Origin: Candidatus Latescibacterota bacterium
GTDB lineage: Bacteria; Latescibacterota; UBA2968
Assembly: GCA_965207885.1 (NCBI GenBank)
Contig: OZ242311.1
Coordinates: 3,488,001 to 3,552,000 of the forward strand
Reading direction: 5' to 3'
Length of the DNA stretch: 64,000 bases
The notes under the pieces were generated by a model, which did no database searches, had not been told where the DNA came from, and was given only the letters and a program-made list of their open reading frames with translations. Of the stretch, positions 18,406 through 28,930 are shown one piece after another (position 1 is the first letter of the stretch; each line of letters starts with the position of its first letter). The translations under genes were made by a program, and so were the position numbers.

Positions 18406-20139
18406 ATGCGTTACTCTCAATTATTGACACAAACCCTGCGCGAGGTGCCCGCAGATGCAGAAGCCATCAGTCACCAGTTGGCTTTGCGCGCGGGGCTAAT
18501 TCGTCCTCTGGCATCGGGAATTTTTAGCTTCTTACCGCTGGGATTGCGCGTGAAGCGAAACATCGAACATATTTTGCGCGAAGAAATGGAACGCGCAGAT
18601 TGCTTTGAAATTTCGATGCCCGTGGTACAACCCGCGGAAATCTGGCACGAAAGTGGCAGGTGGGACGATGTGGGCCAGGAAATGATGCGCATGAAAGACC
18701 GCGCAGACCGCGACATGTGTTTGGCAATGACGCACGAAGAAGCCGTAACCGACCTGGCGCGTCACATGGTACAGAGCTACCGACAATTGCCCTTGAGCGC
18801 GTTTCAGCTTCAGACCAAATTCCGCGACGAGCCGCGCAGCCGCGGTGGATTGATTCGCGTACGCGAATTTACGATGAAAGACGGGTACAGCTTTCACATC
18901 GACCAGGCGGGTTTAGATGCGTATTACCCGCGCATGTACGAGGCATATCAGCGGATATTTGAGCGCGCGGGATTGGGAGACCACGTCATCTCAGTAGAAA
19001 GCGACCCGGGAATGATGGGCGGAACAGAAGCGCATGAATTTATGTACTTAAACCCGGGCGGCGAAGACACCCTGCTCTTATGCGATGCCTGCGGTTATCA
19101 GGCCAATCGACAGGTAGCGACATATAAGAGGGAAGCCATCGAAGCGGGAAGTGAAAAACCCCTGCAAAAAGTGGCGACCCCCAATTGCAAAACCATCGAA
19201 GAAGTCGCATCGTTTTTGAACGTACCGCAGAGCGAGACAGCCAAAGCCGTATTTTTAATCGGCACAATAAGCGGCGAAGAAAAATTTATTTTTGCAGTAC
19301 TGCGCGGCGACCGCGAATTAAATGAAACCAAACTCGCCAACGTAGTAAAGGCGCAGGCATTGCGCCCAGCAACCGATGAGGAAATCACCGCAGTGGGCGC
19401 AGTCCCTGGATATGCATCGCCAATGGCCGTGAAAAATGCAATCGTAGTCGTTGATAAAGCCATCGCAAAAGGAACCAATTTTGTATCGGGCGCGAATGAG
19501 GAAGGATATCACTACTTAAACGTCAATGTGGGACGCGATTTTGATCCCGACATCGTCACAGACCTCATCGCCGTAGAAAAAGGCATGCCCTGTCCAGTAT
19601 GCGAAACCCCGCTCGACAGCACGCGCGGCATTGAAGTGGGCAATATTTTCAAACTCGGCACAAAATACAGCGACAGCATGGGCGCGAAGGTCCTGGATGA
19701 AAACGGTAAAATGCAGCCCCTCTTCATGGGATGTTATGGCATTGGCGTGGGCCGACTATTGGCGTGTATTATCGAAGCCCATCACGATGACCACGGCATT
19801 ATCTGGCCAATATCGGTCGCGCCCTTTGAGGTACAAATCGTAGTCCTGACGGGCAGAAAACCCGCAGGAGAACTGGAAGCCGCCGAAAAATTGTACGCGC
19901 AACTAAAGGCCGCGGGACTGGATGTATTGCTCGACGACCGCGATGAACGCGCAGGCGTAAAATTCAACGATGCAGATTTAATCGGCATACCAATACGGTT
20001 GACCGTGGGATCGCGCGGCCTGGCAAATGGACAGGTGGAAATGAAACTGCGGCATGAAGATGGCCGCTCAGATGTGCCTCTGGATCAGGTAGTAGAACGT
20101 GTAAAGTGTGAAGTAAAAAGTATGAAGTGTGAAGACTAA
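18406..20139 (+). CDS. proS: Proline--tRNA ligase (bacterial type with INS editing domain)
   Basis: [56 protein letters not shown]. Confidence 0.97.
   Translation: MRYSQLLTQTLREVPADAEAISHQLALRAGLIRPLASGIFSFLPLGLRVKRNIEHILREEMERADCFEISMPVVQPAEIWHESGRWDDVGQEMMRMKDRADRDMCLAMTHEEAVTDLARHMVQSYRQLPLSAFQLQTKFRDEPRSRGGLIRVREFTMKDGYSFHIDQAGLDAYYPRMYEAYQRIFERAGLGDHVISVESDPGMMGGTEAHEFMYLNPGGEDTLLLCDACGYQANRQVATYKREAIEAGSEKPLQKVATPNCKTIEEVASFLNVPQSETAKAVFLIGTISGEEKFIFAVLRGDRELNETKLANVVKAQALRPATDEEITAVGAVPGYASPMAVKNAIVVVDKAIAKGTNFVSGANEEGYHYLNVNVGRDFDPDIVTDLIAVEKGMPCPVCETPLDSTRGIEVGNIFKLGTKYSDSMGAKVLDENGKMQPLFMGCYGIGVGRLLACIIEAHHDDHGIIWPISVAPFEVQIVVLTGRKPAGELEAAEKLYAQLKAAGLDVLLDDRDERAGVKFNDADLIGIPIRLTVGSRGLANGQVEMKLRHEDGRSDVPLDQVVERVKCEVKSMKCED
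20104..20131. repeat. Degenerate 7-bp tandem repeat (aagtNNN x4) inside the 3' end of proS
   Basis: aagtgtg aagtaaa aagtatg aagtgtg. Confidence 0.6.
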
Positions 20140-20165
20140 TAACTAACAACCCAAAAGGTCTTAAA

Positions 20166-21845
20166 ATGGCAACAACCGAAGACGCACCAACGGATTTTAT
20201 CCGTGAAATTGTTCGCGAAGACGTAAAAAATGGCAAACACAAAAAAATCGTAACGCGCTTTCCCCCAGAGCCAAATGGCTATCTGCACATCGGCCATGCC
20301 AAGGCTTTTTGTCTGGACTTTGGCCTCGCCGAGGAATTTGACGGCCAGTGCAATCTCCGGTTTGACGACACCAATCCAGACCGGGAAGACACCGAATACG
20401 TCGAGTCTATCCAGGAAGATTTGAAATGGATGGGCTTTGATTGGGGCGACGGATTGTACTTTGCCTCTGACTATTTTGACCAACTCTACAATTATGCAGT
20501 GGAACTCATCCAACAGGGAAAAGCCTATGTTTGCGACTTGAGTCCACAGGAAATACGCGAATACCGAGGCACAGTAACAGAACCGGGAAAAAACAGCCCC
20601 TATCGCAATCGCACCGTGTCGGAAAATCTCGATCTATTTGCGCGAATGAAAAATGGGGAACTTCCCGATGGCGCGTGTACATTGCGCGCAAAAGCCGACA
20701 TGGCATCGCCAAATATGAACATGCGCGATCCCGTCATGTATCGGATCAAACACACATCGCACCATCGCACAGGCGACAAATGGTGTATTTATCCAATGTA
20801 CGATTGGGCACACGGGCAATCCGACGCCATAGAGCAAGTCACGCACTCGCTGTGCAGCATCGAATTTGCAGAACACCGCCCCCTGTACGATTGGTACATC
20901 CAGCAATTGGAAATTTTCCCCTCGCGGCAAATCGAATTTGCGCGGTTGAATATCACCTACACATTGACCAGCAAGCGCATGTTGACCCAACTGGTCGAGC
21001 GCGGTCTCGTAAACGGATGGGAAGACCCGCGCATGCCCACGCTTTCGGGAATGCGACGACGCGGGATACCGCCGCAAGCCATTAAAAATTTCATCTGGCG
21101 CGTGGGAATGAACCGGCGGGATACAACCGCGGAAATAGATTTGTTTGAATTCTATATTCGCGAACACCTGAACAAAGTCGCGCCCCGGGTAATGGGCGTG
21201 ATTGACCCCTTAAAAGTGGTCATTGAAAACTATCCCGAAGACGAAGAAGAGACATTTGAAGCGATGATCAATCCCGAAGACCCCGATACCGGCACGCGCC
21301 CAGTGCCTTTCTCGCGGGAATTGTACATCGAGCGAGAAGATTTTATGGAAGATCCCCCTCGCAAATTTTATCGTCTTGCGCCTGGACGCGAGGTGCGATT
21401 GCGCGCGGCGTGTTATATCACCTGTCAGGAAGCAATAAAAGATAACGACGGCAATGTGATCGAACTCCGCTGCACCTGGGATCCAGAAAGCCGCGGCGGC
21501 ACAACACCCGATAAACGCAGGGTTCGCTCGACATTGCACTGGGTATCAGCCAAACACGCATTGAAAGCCGAAGTGCGATTATTTGACCGGCTATTCATGA
21601 CGGAAAACCCCACCCGAACTGAAGATGGACAGGATTTCACAGACAACTTAAACCCCGACTCACTGGAAGTGCGCCCAACATGCTATGTCGAGCCGAGCAT
21701 GAAAGGGGTAGAAGTTGGCAGCGTGGTCCAATTCGAGCGCCTGGGTTATTTCTGTGTCGATACAGACTCATCAGATGAAAAACTCGTATTAAACCGAACG
21801 ATTACCTTGCGCGACACATGGGCGAGGATGAGAAGTGGGAAGTAA
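20166..21845 (+). CDS. glnS: Glutamine--tRNA ligase
   Basis: [41 protein letters not shown]. Confidence 0.97.
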   Translation: MATTEDAPTDFIREIVREDVKNGKHKKIVTRFPPEPNGYLHIGHAKAFCLDFGLAEEFDGQCNLRFDDTNPDREDTEYVESIQEDLKWMGFDWGDGLYFASDYFDQLYNYAVELIQQGKAYVCDLSPQEIREYRGTVTEPGKNSPYRNRTVSENLDLFARMKNGELPDGACTLRAKADMASPNMNMRDPVMYRIKHTSHHRTGDKWCIYPMYDWAHGQSDAIEQVTHSLCSIEFAEHRPLYDWYIQQLEIFPSRQIEFARLNITYTLTSKRMLTQLVERGLVNGWEDPRMPTLSGMRRRGIPPQAIKNFIWRVGMNRRDTTAEIDLFEFYIREHLNKVAPRVMGVIDPLKVVIENYPEDEEETFEAMINPEDPDTGTRPVPFSRELYIEREDFMEDPPRKFYRLAPGREVRLRAACYITCQEAIKDNDGNVIELRCTWDPESRGGTTPDKRRVRSTLHWVSAKHALKAEVRLFDRLFMTENPTRTEDGQDFTDNLNPDSLEVRPTCYVEPSMKGVEVGSVVQFERLGYFCVDTDSSDEKLVLNRTITLRDTWARMRSGK

Positions 21846-21859
21846 GAAGTTTGAAGTAG
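21832..21859. repeat. 7-bp tandem repeat (gaagtNN x4) spanning the glnS stop codon
   Basis: gaagtgg gaagtaa gaagttt gaagtag. Confidence 0.6.
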
Positions 21860-21860
21860 G

Positions 21861-21948
21861 TATGGGACGGTCCCTGTGCCCCCGTATAGAATCACTACGG
21901 GACAGGCTCCTGTGCGTCATCGCGGTATGAAGTTGAGCCGCGATCCAG
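21861..21948. repeat. REP-like palindromic cluster
   Basis: Two imperfect direct copies (tatgggacggtccctgtgc / tacgggacaggctcctgtgc) followed by the hairpin gtcATCGCGG...CCGCGATccag. Confidence 0.5.
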
Positions 21949-21991
21949 AAGGTTCTATCTGATCGCTGTCCGCTAATTTCTAAAAAGAAAG

Positions 21992-22020
21992 TTGCCTCTA
22001 ATAGGCTAAAAATTTATATT
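21992..22020 (+). promoter_or_regulatory. Sigma70-type promoter for tRNA-Gln
   Basis: TTGCCT-17 bp-TATATT, 18 bp before the tRNA. Confidence 0.6.
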
Positions 22021-22038
22021 TAGCCCTCGACATAGTAT

Positions 22039-22112
22039 TGCCCCTTCGTCTAATGGCAAGACACTGGATTTTGGTTCCAGGTATCGGGGTTCGAATCCCT
22101 GAGGGGCAACCA
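22039..22112 (+). tRNA. tRNA-Gln(TTG)
   Basis: TGCCCCT...CTGGA-TTTTGGT-TCCAG...GGTTCGAATCC...AGGGGCAACCA; lies next to glnS. Confidence 0.97.
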
Positions 22113-22121
22113 CAAAAAATA

Positions 22122-22160
22122 AAAAGCTCGTCGATCATCACCGATTGACGGGCTTTTGTT
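22122..22160 (+). terminator. Rho-independent terminator after tRNA-Gln
   Basis: aaaagctcgtcgatc ... gattgacgggctttt followed by gtt. Confidence 0.7.
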
Positions 22161-22227
22161 GTGTATTCGAGGTAAGCAGAGAGATATAATTACGATAGTA
22201 GTTTATCAGCGTCCATAAAGGGCGGTT

Positions 22228-22296
22228 ATGAAAATTAACATTATGTATTGTAAAGAATGCAACTTGATTTTGCCGTTGTGGCGTTTTACATTGTGA
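22228..22296 (+). pseudogene. N-terminal remnant of a SelW/Rdx-family redox protein
   Basis: Translates as MKINIMYCKECNL..., resembling the Rdx N-terminus (MKIxIxYCxxC/UN); stops after 22 aa. Confidence 0.45.
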
Positions 22297-22478
22297 AACA
22301 GAACAAGTTACGGGCTGCCAGTCCGTTTTTGTCTTTGTGTTTTGCTGCTGAAAAGTCACAAAGGAGACACCATGGACCTCTCCCAATTTCACGACGATAC
22401 CATTCTCGCCGAATGGACTGGAGTAATACACAGGGGCCGGTGCTCATTTAACCTCTATCTCCACTATTGGAGTTTTCT

Positions 22479-24155
22479 ATGCAAACCAACTACGACGTCA
22501 ACATGCAATTAGACGTAAAAGTGCCCATGCGAGACGGCATCAATCTCTCTGCCGATATCTACCTGCCTCGAGCACACGGTAAATTTCCCACCGTGCTTAT
22601 GCGGACGCCTTATGACAACAACGCCGACAACATGGTTGAAAAAGCCCGGCGGCTTGCCAACAATGGTTATGCCAGTGTTATTCAAGACTGCCGCGGACGG
22701 TGGGACTCAGAAGGGGAATATTACGCCTTTCGGGAAGGCGAAGATGGGTATGACACTCAGGAATGGATTGGCAAACAAGAATGGTGCAATGGCAAAATCG
22801 GCATGGCTGGCAGTTCCTATGGCGGCACGGTCCAGTGGCGTAGCGCGCCGTATCGCAGCCAGTACCTCAAATGCATCACACCTCGCGTTATATGCACGGA
22901 CTATTACTCAGGCCTGGTCCACCCCGGTGGTGCTTTCCAGCTCAACGTCATGATGACCTGGGGCATGCGTACCAACGCCCGCACCGCACAAACCATTGAA
23001 TTCCACAACTGGACCGAAGCCTTCCGCGCACTACCCCTCATCGAAATGGACGAACAGGCGGGCCGAAACCTGAATTTCTGGAAAGACTGGGTCGAACATG
23101 CCGCTTACGACGACTATTGGGAGCAATTCAACGACGAAACCAAATGGGGTGAAATCGCCGTCCCCGCGTTCAACATGGGCGGCTGGTACGATCTTTACGC
23201 GGCACAGACCTTCACCAACTTCAACGGCTTGCGCCTGCACGGTCGCACCGAAGAATCCAAAAAGAGCAAACTCATCGTCGGCCCCTGGCCACATTCTCTC
23301 AGCCTATCGCCCAAAACCGGCGACATTGACTTCGGGGCACCGTCAATGGTCGATCTGGAAAGTCTTGAACAGCGCTGGTTTGACCACTGGCTCAAGGGTA
23401 TTGACAACGGCATCGCGGATGAACCGCCTTTGCGTCTCTTCATCATGGGCATCAACCAGTGGCGCGACGAACGCGAATGGCCGCTTGCGAGAACCCAATG
23501 GCAAAAATGGCACCTGCACTCCGGCGACGGTGCCAATACGCTACTCGGCAACGGCACGCTCTCCACAGCATCACCGGAGAACGAATCGCCTGATCACTAC
23601 ACTTATGACCCTCGCTACCCCGTCCCGACGATGGGCGGCAACAACTGTTGCTCACCCCACATCGTACCGTGGGGTCCCTATGACCAGCGTCCCGTAGAGA
23701 TGCGAAGCGACGTACTCTGTTACACCAGCGCCCCCCTTGAAACAGCCATGGAAGTCACGGGCCCCATCAAAGCCGTCATCTACGCCGCTACCGACTGCAC
23801 AGACACGGACTGGACCGCCAAGCTCGTCGATGTATCGCCCACCGGGTATGCTATGAACCTCTGTGACGGCATTTTGCGTGCGCGTTTTCGGGAAAGCCTC
23901 ACCAACCCCACCTTGCTCAAACCCGGCAGCATCTATGCCTACGAAATTGACCTCGGCGTAACCGGAAACGTCTTCAAAAAAGGCCATCGCATTCGCCTCG
24001 AAATATCTTCTTCCAATTTCCCCCGGTTCGACCGCAACCTCAATACAGGCGGCTCGCTGGGTCGTGAGACCGAGATGCGCCAGGCCCATCAGACCGTCTA
24101 TCACTCAAAGGCATACCCATCCCACATCACGCTACCCGTCATTCCCTCGGCATAG
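22479..24155 (+). CDS. CocE/NonD family serine hydrolase
   Basis: VPMRDGINLSADIYLP, QDCRGRWDSEG, GSSYGG nucleophile, GGWYD, GPWPH, SSNFPRFDRNLNTG. Confidence 0.93.
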   Translation: MQTNYDVNMQLDVKVPMRDGINLSADIYLPRAHGKFPTVLMRTPYDNNADNMVEKARRLANNGYASVIQDCRGRWDSEGEYYAFREGEDGYDTQEWIGKQEWCNGKIGMAGSSYGGTVQWRSAPYRSQYLKCITPRVICTDYYSGLVHPGGAFQLNVMMTWGMRTNARTAQTIEFHNWTEAFRALPLIEMDEQAGRNLNFWKDWVEHAAYDDYWEQFNDETKWGEIAVPAFNMGGWYDLYAAQTFTNFNGLRLHGRTEESKKSKLIVGPWPHSLSLSPKTGDIDFGAPSMVDLESLEQRWFDHWLKGIDNGIADEPPLRLFIMGINQWRDEREWPLARTQWQKWHLHSGDGANTLLGNGTLSTASPENESPDHYTYDPRYPVPTMGGNNCCSPHIVPWGPYDQRPVEMRSDVLCYTSAPLETAMEVTGPIKAVIYAATDCTDTDWTAKLVDVSPTGYAMNLCDGILRARFRESLTNPTLLKPGSIYAYEIDLGVTGNVFKKGHRIRLEISSSNFPRFDRNLNTGGSLGRETEMRQAHQTVYHSKAYPSHITLPVIPSA

Positions 24156-24169
24156 CAGCGGAGAATAAT

Positions 24170-25609
24170 ATGTCAGACTCTCGACCAAATATCCTGCTCA
24201 TCATGACCGACCAGCAACGCGGCGACTGCATAGGTCTCGATCCGTGTAGTCCCCCGTGCCTGCAAACACCCAACCTGGACTGGATTGCCCGCACGGGCAC
24301 ACACTTTCACCGAGGATACTCCGAATGCCCCAGTTGCATACCCGCTCGTCGCTGCCTGATGACCGGCACAGCACCCGCGGCAAATGGCGTTGTAGGATTC
24401 AAAAGTGCTCAGTGGCATCCGCCTCACACGCTCGCTGGTGAATTGTCCAGGGCGGGGTATCAAACAGAAATGATCGGTAAACTCCACCTGAACCCCAAAC
24501 GCAAGCGCTATGGCTTCGATCACATGCAACTGGCCGACGCCACACGGGGCGACCACAACGACTATGTCGAATGGCTACAGCAATACCACAACCGGAATGA
24601 AGTGCATCCCGGCATGGCCCACGGTATTTCCTCCAATGGATGGATTGGTCGCCCACACCACTTGCCCGAAGAACAGATGCACACCTTCTGGTGTATCGAC
24701 AAAGCGATGGACTTTCTACAAAAACGCGATCCCACGGTCCCGTTTTTTCTCAACATATCCCTTATCGATCCCCACCCCCCGCTTACCCCCCCGGCTCTCT
24801 ATTACGATCGCTATATCCAGCGGAACTTGCCCGACCCCGTCATAGGAGACTGGGCACCCGAATTTGACGGTCCTCAAAAAGGTCTCGACCCCAATGCCTG
24901 GCGAATTTGCCTTGACAAACACGACATGCGCTGTTCTCGTGCGGCTTATTACGGCATGATCAACTTTATAGACGATCAGATCGGTCGCCTCATCCAATAT
25001 ACCGGTGGTCTCAACAACTGCCTGACCATCTTCACATCTGACCACGGCGAAATGCTGGGGGACCACAATCTCTTTCGCAAAACCTGGCCCTATGAAGCGT
25101 CTGCCCGAATTCCATTTCTCATGCGCGCCCCAAAAAAATGGAGCTACCCCGAAGAAATAACTTGCCAAAGCCCCGTCGGCATTCAGGACATTATGCCCAC
25201 TATCCTCGATGCGGCCGACATCGACATCCCCGATACCTGCACGGGCAAAAGCCTTCTGCCCGTCATGCAAGGCGACACCGACCATGTCCGGGAATTTCTA
25301 CACGGAGAACACGCCGGCTGTTATGCCCGCGATCACGGCAACCACTATATCACAGACGGACACCACAAATACATCTGGTATTCTCAAACAGGTGAAGAAC
25401 ACCTTTTCAACCTGGACGAAGATCCCAATGAAATACGCGATATCACGCGCAATCCCAACTCTGAAATACAACCCTGGCGAAATCGTCTCATCGAATTCCT
25501 CAAAAACCGCCCAGAAGATTTTACCGATGGCACGCGCTTAATCCCCGGCCAGCCCCACGAAGAACTCCTGCCAGGCTACACTCCCGAAGCGACCTACCCG
25601 TATTTGTGA
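24170..25609 (+). CDS. Arylsulfatase / sulfatase-like hydrolase
   Basis: PNILLIMTDQQRGD, CPSCIPAR, GKLH, SDHGEMLGDH. Confidence 0.92.
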   Translation: MSDSRPNILLIMTDQQRGDCIGLDPCSPPCLQTPNLDWIARTGTHFHRGYSECPSCIPARRCLMTGTAPAANGVVGFKSAQWHPPHTLAGELSRAGYQTEMIGKLHLNPKRKRYGFDHMQLADATRGDHNDYVEWLQQYHNRNEVHPGMAHGISSNGWIGRPHHLPEEQMHTFWCIDKAMDFLQKRDPTVPFFLNISLIDPHPPLTPPALYYDRYIQRNLPDPVIGDWAPEFDGPQKGLDPNAWRICLDKHDMRCSRAAYYGMINFIDDQIGRLIQYTGGLNNCLTIFTSDHGEMLGDHNLFRKTWPYEASARIPFLMRAPKKWSYPEEITCQSPVGIQDIMPTILDAADIDIPDTCTGKSLLPVMQGDTDHVREFLHGEHAGCYARDHGNHYITDGHHKYIWYSQTGEEHLFNLDEDPNEIRDITRNPNSEIQPWRNRLIEFLKNRPEDFTDGTRLIPGQPHEELLPGYTPEATYPYL

Positions 25610-25631
25610 GGAATCACCAACCTTTCATCCC

Positions 25632-25660
25632 AACCGCCCGACACAACGGGCGGTTTTTTT
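25632..25660 (+). terminator. Rho-independent terminator
   Basis: aaccgcccg-acacaa-cgggcggtt followed by a T run. Confidence 0.85.
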
Positions 25661-25739
25661 GTGTCTTTTAAGGCAACTTCTGTGCATCTTAACGGTTAAA
25701 ATAAAAGTACTCTGTTCCCCCCACCCGAGGAGCCCCCAA

Positions 25740-27833
25740 ATGATATTGCGAATGCTATTAATTCTCATATTCGTCACACCAACAGATGCAGTATGGGCAA
25801 ATATCGATTCTTTGCTCGTTGCCGCTTCAGATACAACGCGTGCGTTTGATGAACGCGAGTCGCTGTTAAAAGAGGCTACAAAAAGCGACCCAGCGGGACG
25901 CGCGGCCCACGCGCTGGGTGAATTATATATGTTGCAGGGCAAAAGTCATGTACACAGTGCAGAGCGGTGGTTGAAAAGGGCGATGCAAAAACAGCCGAAT
26001 AATGGGAATATTTTGACCTCACTGGCCGAGTATTACTGGCGCATTGGGCGGCGAACAACCGCAATCGTATATGCCAAACGGGGTATTGAACGCGATCCCG
26101 ACAATGTGGGACCATTGTATTGGGCGGCGCGCTTTGAAATGTGGAATATGACGCGGTATCTCGATGGCGAACGCAGAATTGTGAATTATGGTTCGGATTT
26201 CAATAGATACAGGAGAACGGTCAGAACACTGAGTTTGGAAAATTACGGCATTGAGGCGCGCGATGCGGCCATTGGATATTTGACGCGTGCAATTGCCAAA
26301 CATCCAGACCACTGGCCCTCGCATCACTTATTGGGGCTGGTCTATTACGAAGGGCGAATGGCGCGTGAATTGATTCCCCTATTTGAAAATTATGTGCAAA
26401 GGCATCCCGACAATGCCCATGCACATTTTTTTGTTGGATTGGGGTATCAAGCTGAGGACCGGTTGCAGGATGCGTATGCGGCTTATACCAGGGGACTTGC
26501 ACGCATGTCAGAAGAAGAACAACGCTTTATGATGGGCGTGTTCATGCTCGCCGATCCCGACTCAACTGCGCCAGACCGCGCGGCGATTCGCAAATTCTGG
26601 ACGGGTCGCGATCCATTATTTTTGACCGAATACAACGAGCGATTACTCGAACATTGTCGGCGCGTGGCCTATGCCAATTTGCGATTTGGCGACCCCCTCA
26701 AAGGCATTCCCGGATGGACAACGGATAAAGGCCAGGTTTATATCCGCTATGGTCATCCAGTATCTCTGGTCGCGAGACCTGCGGAGTTTCACACAGGTGT
26801 GGATTTGCCCGGGTATATGCAAGATTATCTGGCATGGCGGGCGCGGTGGCAGATGATGTCGCACAATTACGAACATCGGAAGGAATTGTGGCGATACGAG
26901 GGCTTTACCATCATTTTCGAAAATACGGACACGCGCGATCACTGGAATTTCCGCCTGGGCTGGTTGGATTCTGAAATGAATCCCCTGGGCTTTAAGATGT
27001 TTGTCGAGCGCAATCCCGACCATTTTCGAGATCCTTACTGGCACGAGCGGTACGACGCGCCACATCAGATAGCGCAGTTTCGCGGAGAAAACGACAAAGC
27101 GCGTGTTGAAGTGTATTATGCCCTCGACGCCGATGAGGTTGAAACAAAAGACCTCCGCCCCGGAATAAAAAGCGTCAATCTGCGCCAGGGCCTGTTCCTT
27201 TTTGACGCTCAATGGGACACATTGCGTAGGGATATAAATCGGGTGCAGCGCATGCCCATCGTGAAGTACGACGCACTTGGCTTGGGTTATTTGCTGGCAG
27301 GTGATCGGCTCAATTTGAAAGCCGGGCGTTATTATCTATCGGCAGAAGTTGAGGATCGCGAAAAAAAATCTGTGGGCACATTTCGCGATACGCTCAATGT
27401 GAGACAATTTTCAAAAGAGCAACTGGATATCAGCGATTTGTTGATCGCGCGGCGTATCGTTGAACGTGAAGACCGCCCTTTTGGTCGCAATCGCTTTCTC
27501 ATATTGTCAAATCCCTTGCGGCAATATGAGCACAACGGTCAAGCCGTGGTGTATTTTGAAATTTACAACTTACAGCGCGATGTGTTTGGCGCGACCCATT
27601 ACAAGCTCACCTTTCAAGTGCGGGCACTGAGCGATGCCAGCGATGCAGAGCAGGCTGATTGGGTAACTGCCGTGTCTTATGAGCAACGCGGCAATAGCGG
27701 CTGGGAGCCATTGTTTCTATCACTGGCATTGGAAAAAACCATGCCAGGCCCCAAAGCACTGCGCGTGGTGGTCGAAGATTTGCAAACTCTGGAAACAGCG
27801 CGTTCTACAACGCGGTTTCGCGTGATGTGGTAG
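25740..27833 (+). CDS. Secreted TPR + GWxTD domain protein
   Basis: Signal peptide; TPR-like helices; RRVAYANLRF...GWTTDKGQVYIRYGHP; GAGGAG RBS. Confidence 0.9.
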   Translation: MILRMLLILIFVTPTDAVWANIDSLLVAASDTTRAFDERESLLKEATKSDPAGRAAHALGELYMLQGKSHVHSAERWLKRAMQKQPNNGNILTSLAEYYWRIGRRTTAIVYAKRGIERDPDNVGPLYWAARFEMWNMTRYLDGERRIVNYGSDFNRYRRTVRTLSLENYGIEARDAAIGYLTRAIAKHPDHWPSHHLLGLVYYEGRMARELIPLFENYVQRHPDNAHAHFFVGLGYQAEDRLQDAYAAYTRGLARMSEEEQRFMMGVFMLADPDSTAPDRAAIRKFWTGRDPLFLTEYNERLLEHCRRVAYANLRFGDPLKGIPGWTTDKGQVYIRYGHPVSLVARPAEFHTGVDLPGYMQDYLAWRARWQMMSHNYEHRKELWRYEGFTIIFENTDTRDHWNFRLGWLDSEMNPLGFKMFVERNPDHFRDPYWHERYDAPHQIAQFRGENDKARVEVYYALDADEVETKDLRPGIKSVNLRQGLFLFDAQWDTLRRDINRVQRMPIVKYDALGLGYLLAGDRLNLKAGRYYLSAEVEDREKKSVGTFRDTLNVRQFSKEQLDISDLLIARRIVEREDRPFGRNRFLILSNPLRQYEHNGQAVVYFEIYNLQRDVFGATHYKLTFQVRALSDASDAEQADWVTAVSYEQRGNSGWEPLFLSLALEKTMPGPKALRVVVEDLQTLETARSTTRFRVMW

Positions 27834-27868
27834 CCTCACTGCAAAAAGCCAAAACAAGGAGACGCAAT

Positions 27869-28831
27869 ATGGGCAAAATTGCTGGTATTTTGTTCGCGTT
27901 AGTCGCTTCTGTTGGCGCGGCGGAAAAGTCGCAGATGTTGCGTGCCTGGGCAGAGGATCATTGGGCTGTGGTGACGGTGGGTGAAGTGACCGGAACTGTT
28001 GTGGTTATCAGCCCAGCCGTAGGGCGAGAAATTGATTTTGATGAGGGCAATCAATTGGGCGTTTTTCAGGGCGCGACAGAATATACAAAGCACCACAACA
28101 TGCCCACGCTGACACAGCTGGTATCGGGATTTCAGTCTGCTGTATTTCTCAAAATGGCAGATGATCAATACGGCATCTGTGTCACCTTTCGCGACGAGGC
28201 CGGTACGCGCTGTCGGTTGCTACACATCCGAGATGTAGAGGAACTGAATCGCATTCGAGATTATATCCATCGGATGGCCGTTGTGCATGACGCGCCAAAT
28301 TATCCATTGGTGACAGATGAAAAAGTGACTTACAAAGTAATATCACCTGTTTATCGCGCCTATGAACGGTTACAAGTAAAAATGGCACTGGCAAATGGCG
28401 AGCAAATAAAAGGTGAACTCTTGCCAATGATGGAAGATGGGCAAATGCTCATCAACACGTCCCTGGGATTTCGACGGATCAAAATGGATGTCATTGACCA
28501 GATTCGCATTGCACCGCGCGGAGGCAAACGGATTGTGACCAGGACAATCAGGAACGGCCTGAAGTACGGCATTTTGGGCGGGATTACGGGATTGCTCGCG
28601 GGTTGGTCTTTCGAAGGCTTATCCGCCAAAAATGAAATGCTTCTCGGTACTCTATTGGGCGGAACGGTTGGGGCTTCTATCGGATTTTTAGATGGGCTGA
28701 TGTCGGTGGAACGTGCCCGAACATTTCGATTTGAACATGGTGATGCCCATAAAAAACCGAAGATCCGACTTTTGCCGCAGCAATTAAAGCCACCCAAATC
28801 AATCTTTTTTAGACTTTCTTTTTCCATTTGA
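27869..28831 (+). CDS. Hypothetical exported protein with a Gly-rich hydrophobic hairpin near the C-terminus
   Basis: AAGGAG RBS; signal-like N-terminus; GILGGITGLLAG / LLGTLLGGTVGASIG glycine-zipper-like segment. Confidence 0.7.
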   Translation: MGKIAGILFALVASVGAAEKSQMLRAWAEDHWAVVTVGEVTGTVVVISPAVGREIDFDEGNQLGVFQGATEYTKHHNMPTLTQLVSGFQSAVFLKMADDQYGICVTFRDEAGTRCRLLHIRDVEELNRIRDYIHRMAVVHDAPNYPLVTDEKVTYKVISPVYRAYERLQVKMALANGEQIKGELLPMMEDGQMLINTSLGFRRIKMDVIDQIRIAPRGGKRIVTRTIRNGLKYGILGGITGLLAGWSFEGLSAKNEMLLGTLLGGTVGASIGFLDGLMSVERARTFRFEHGDAHKKPKIRLLPQQLKPPKSIFFRLSFSI

Positions 28832-28930
28832 TTGTAACCCAATCTTCACTCCCGCTTAATACGATAGAAACAATGATACCTTATTTTTGTGTGTCATTAT
28901 TCTGCGTCTCGTTCAGCAAGGAGTTGGGTT

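Noticed and set aside
22113-22478. Prophage or genomic island integrated at tRNA-Gln (or tRNA-Glu)
   Set aside because: No integrase and no duplicated tRNA 3' end (att site) were seen by eye; only short gene stubs.
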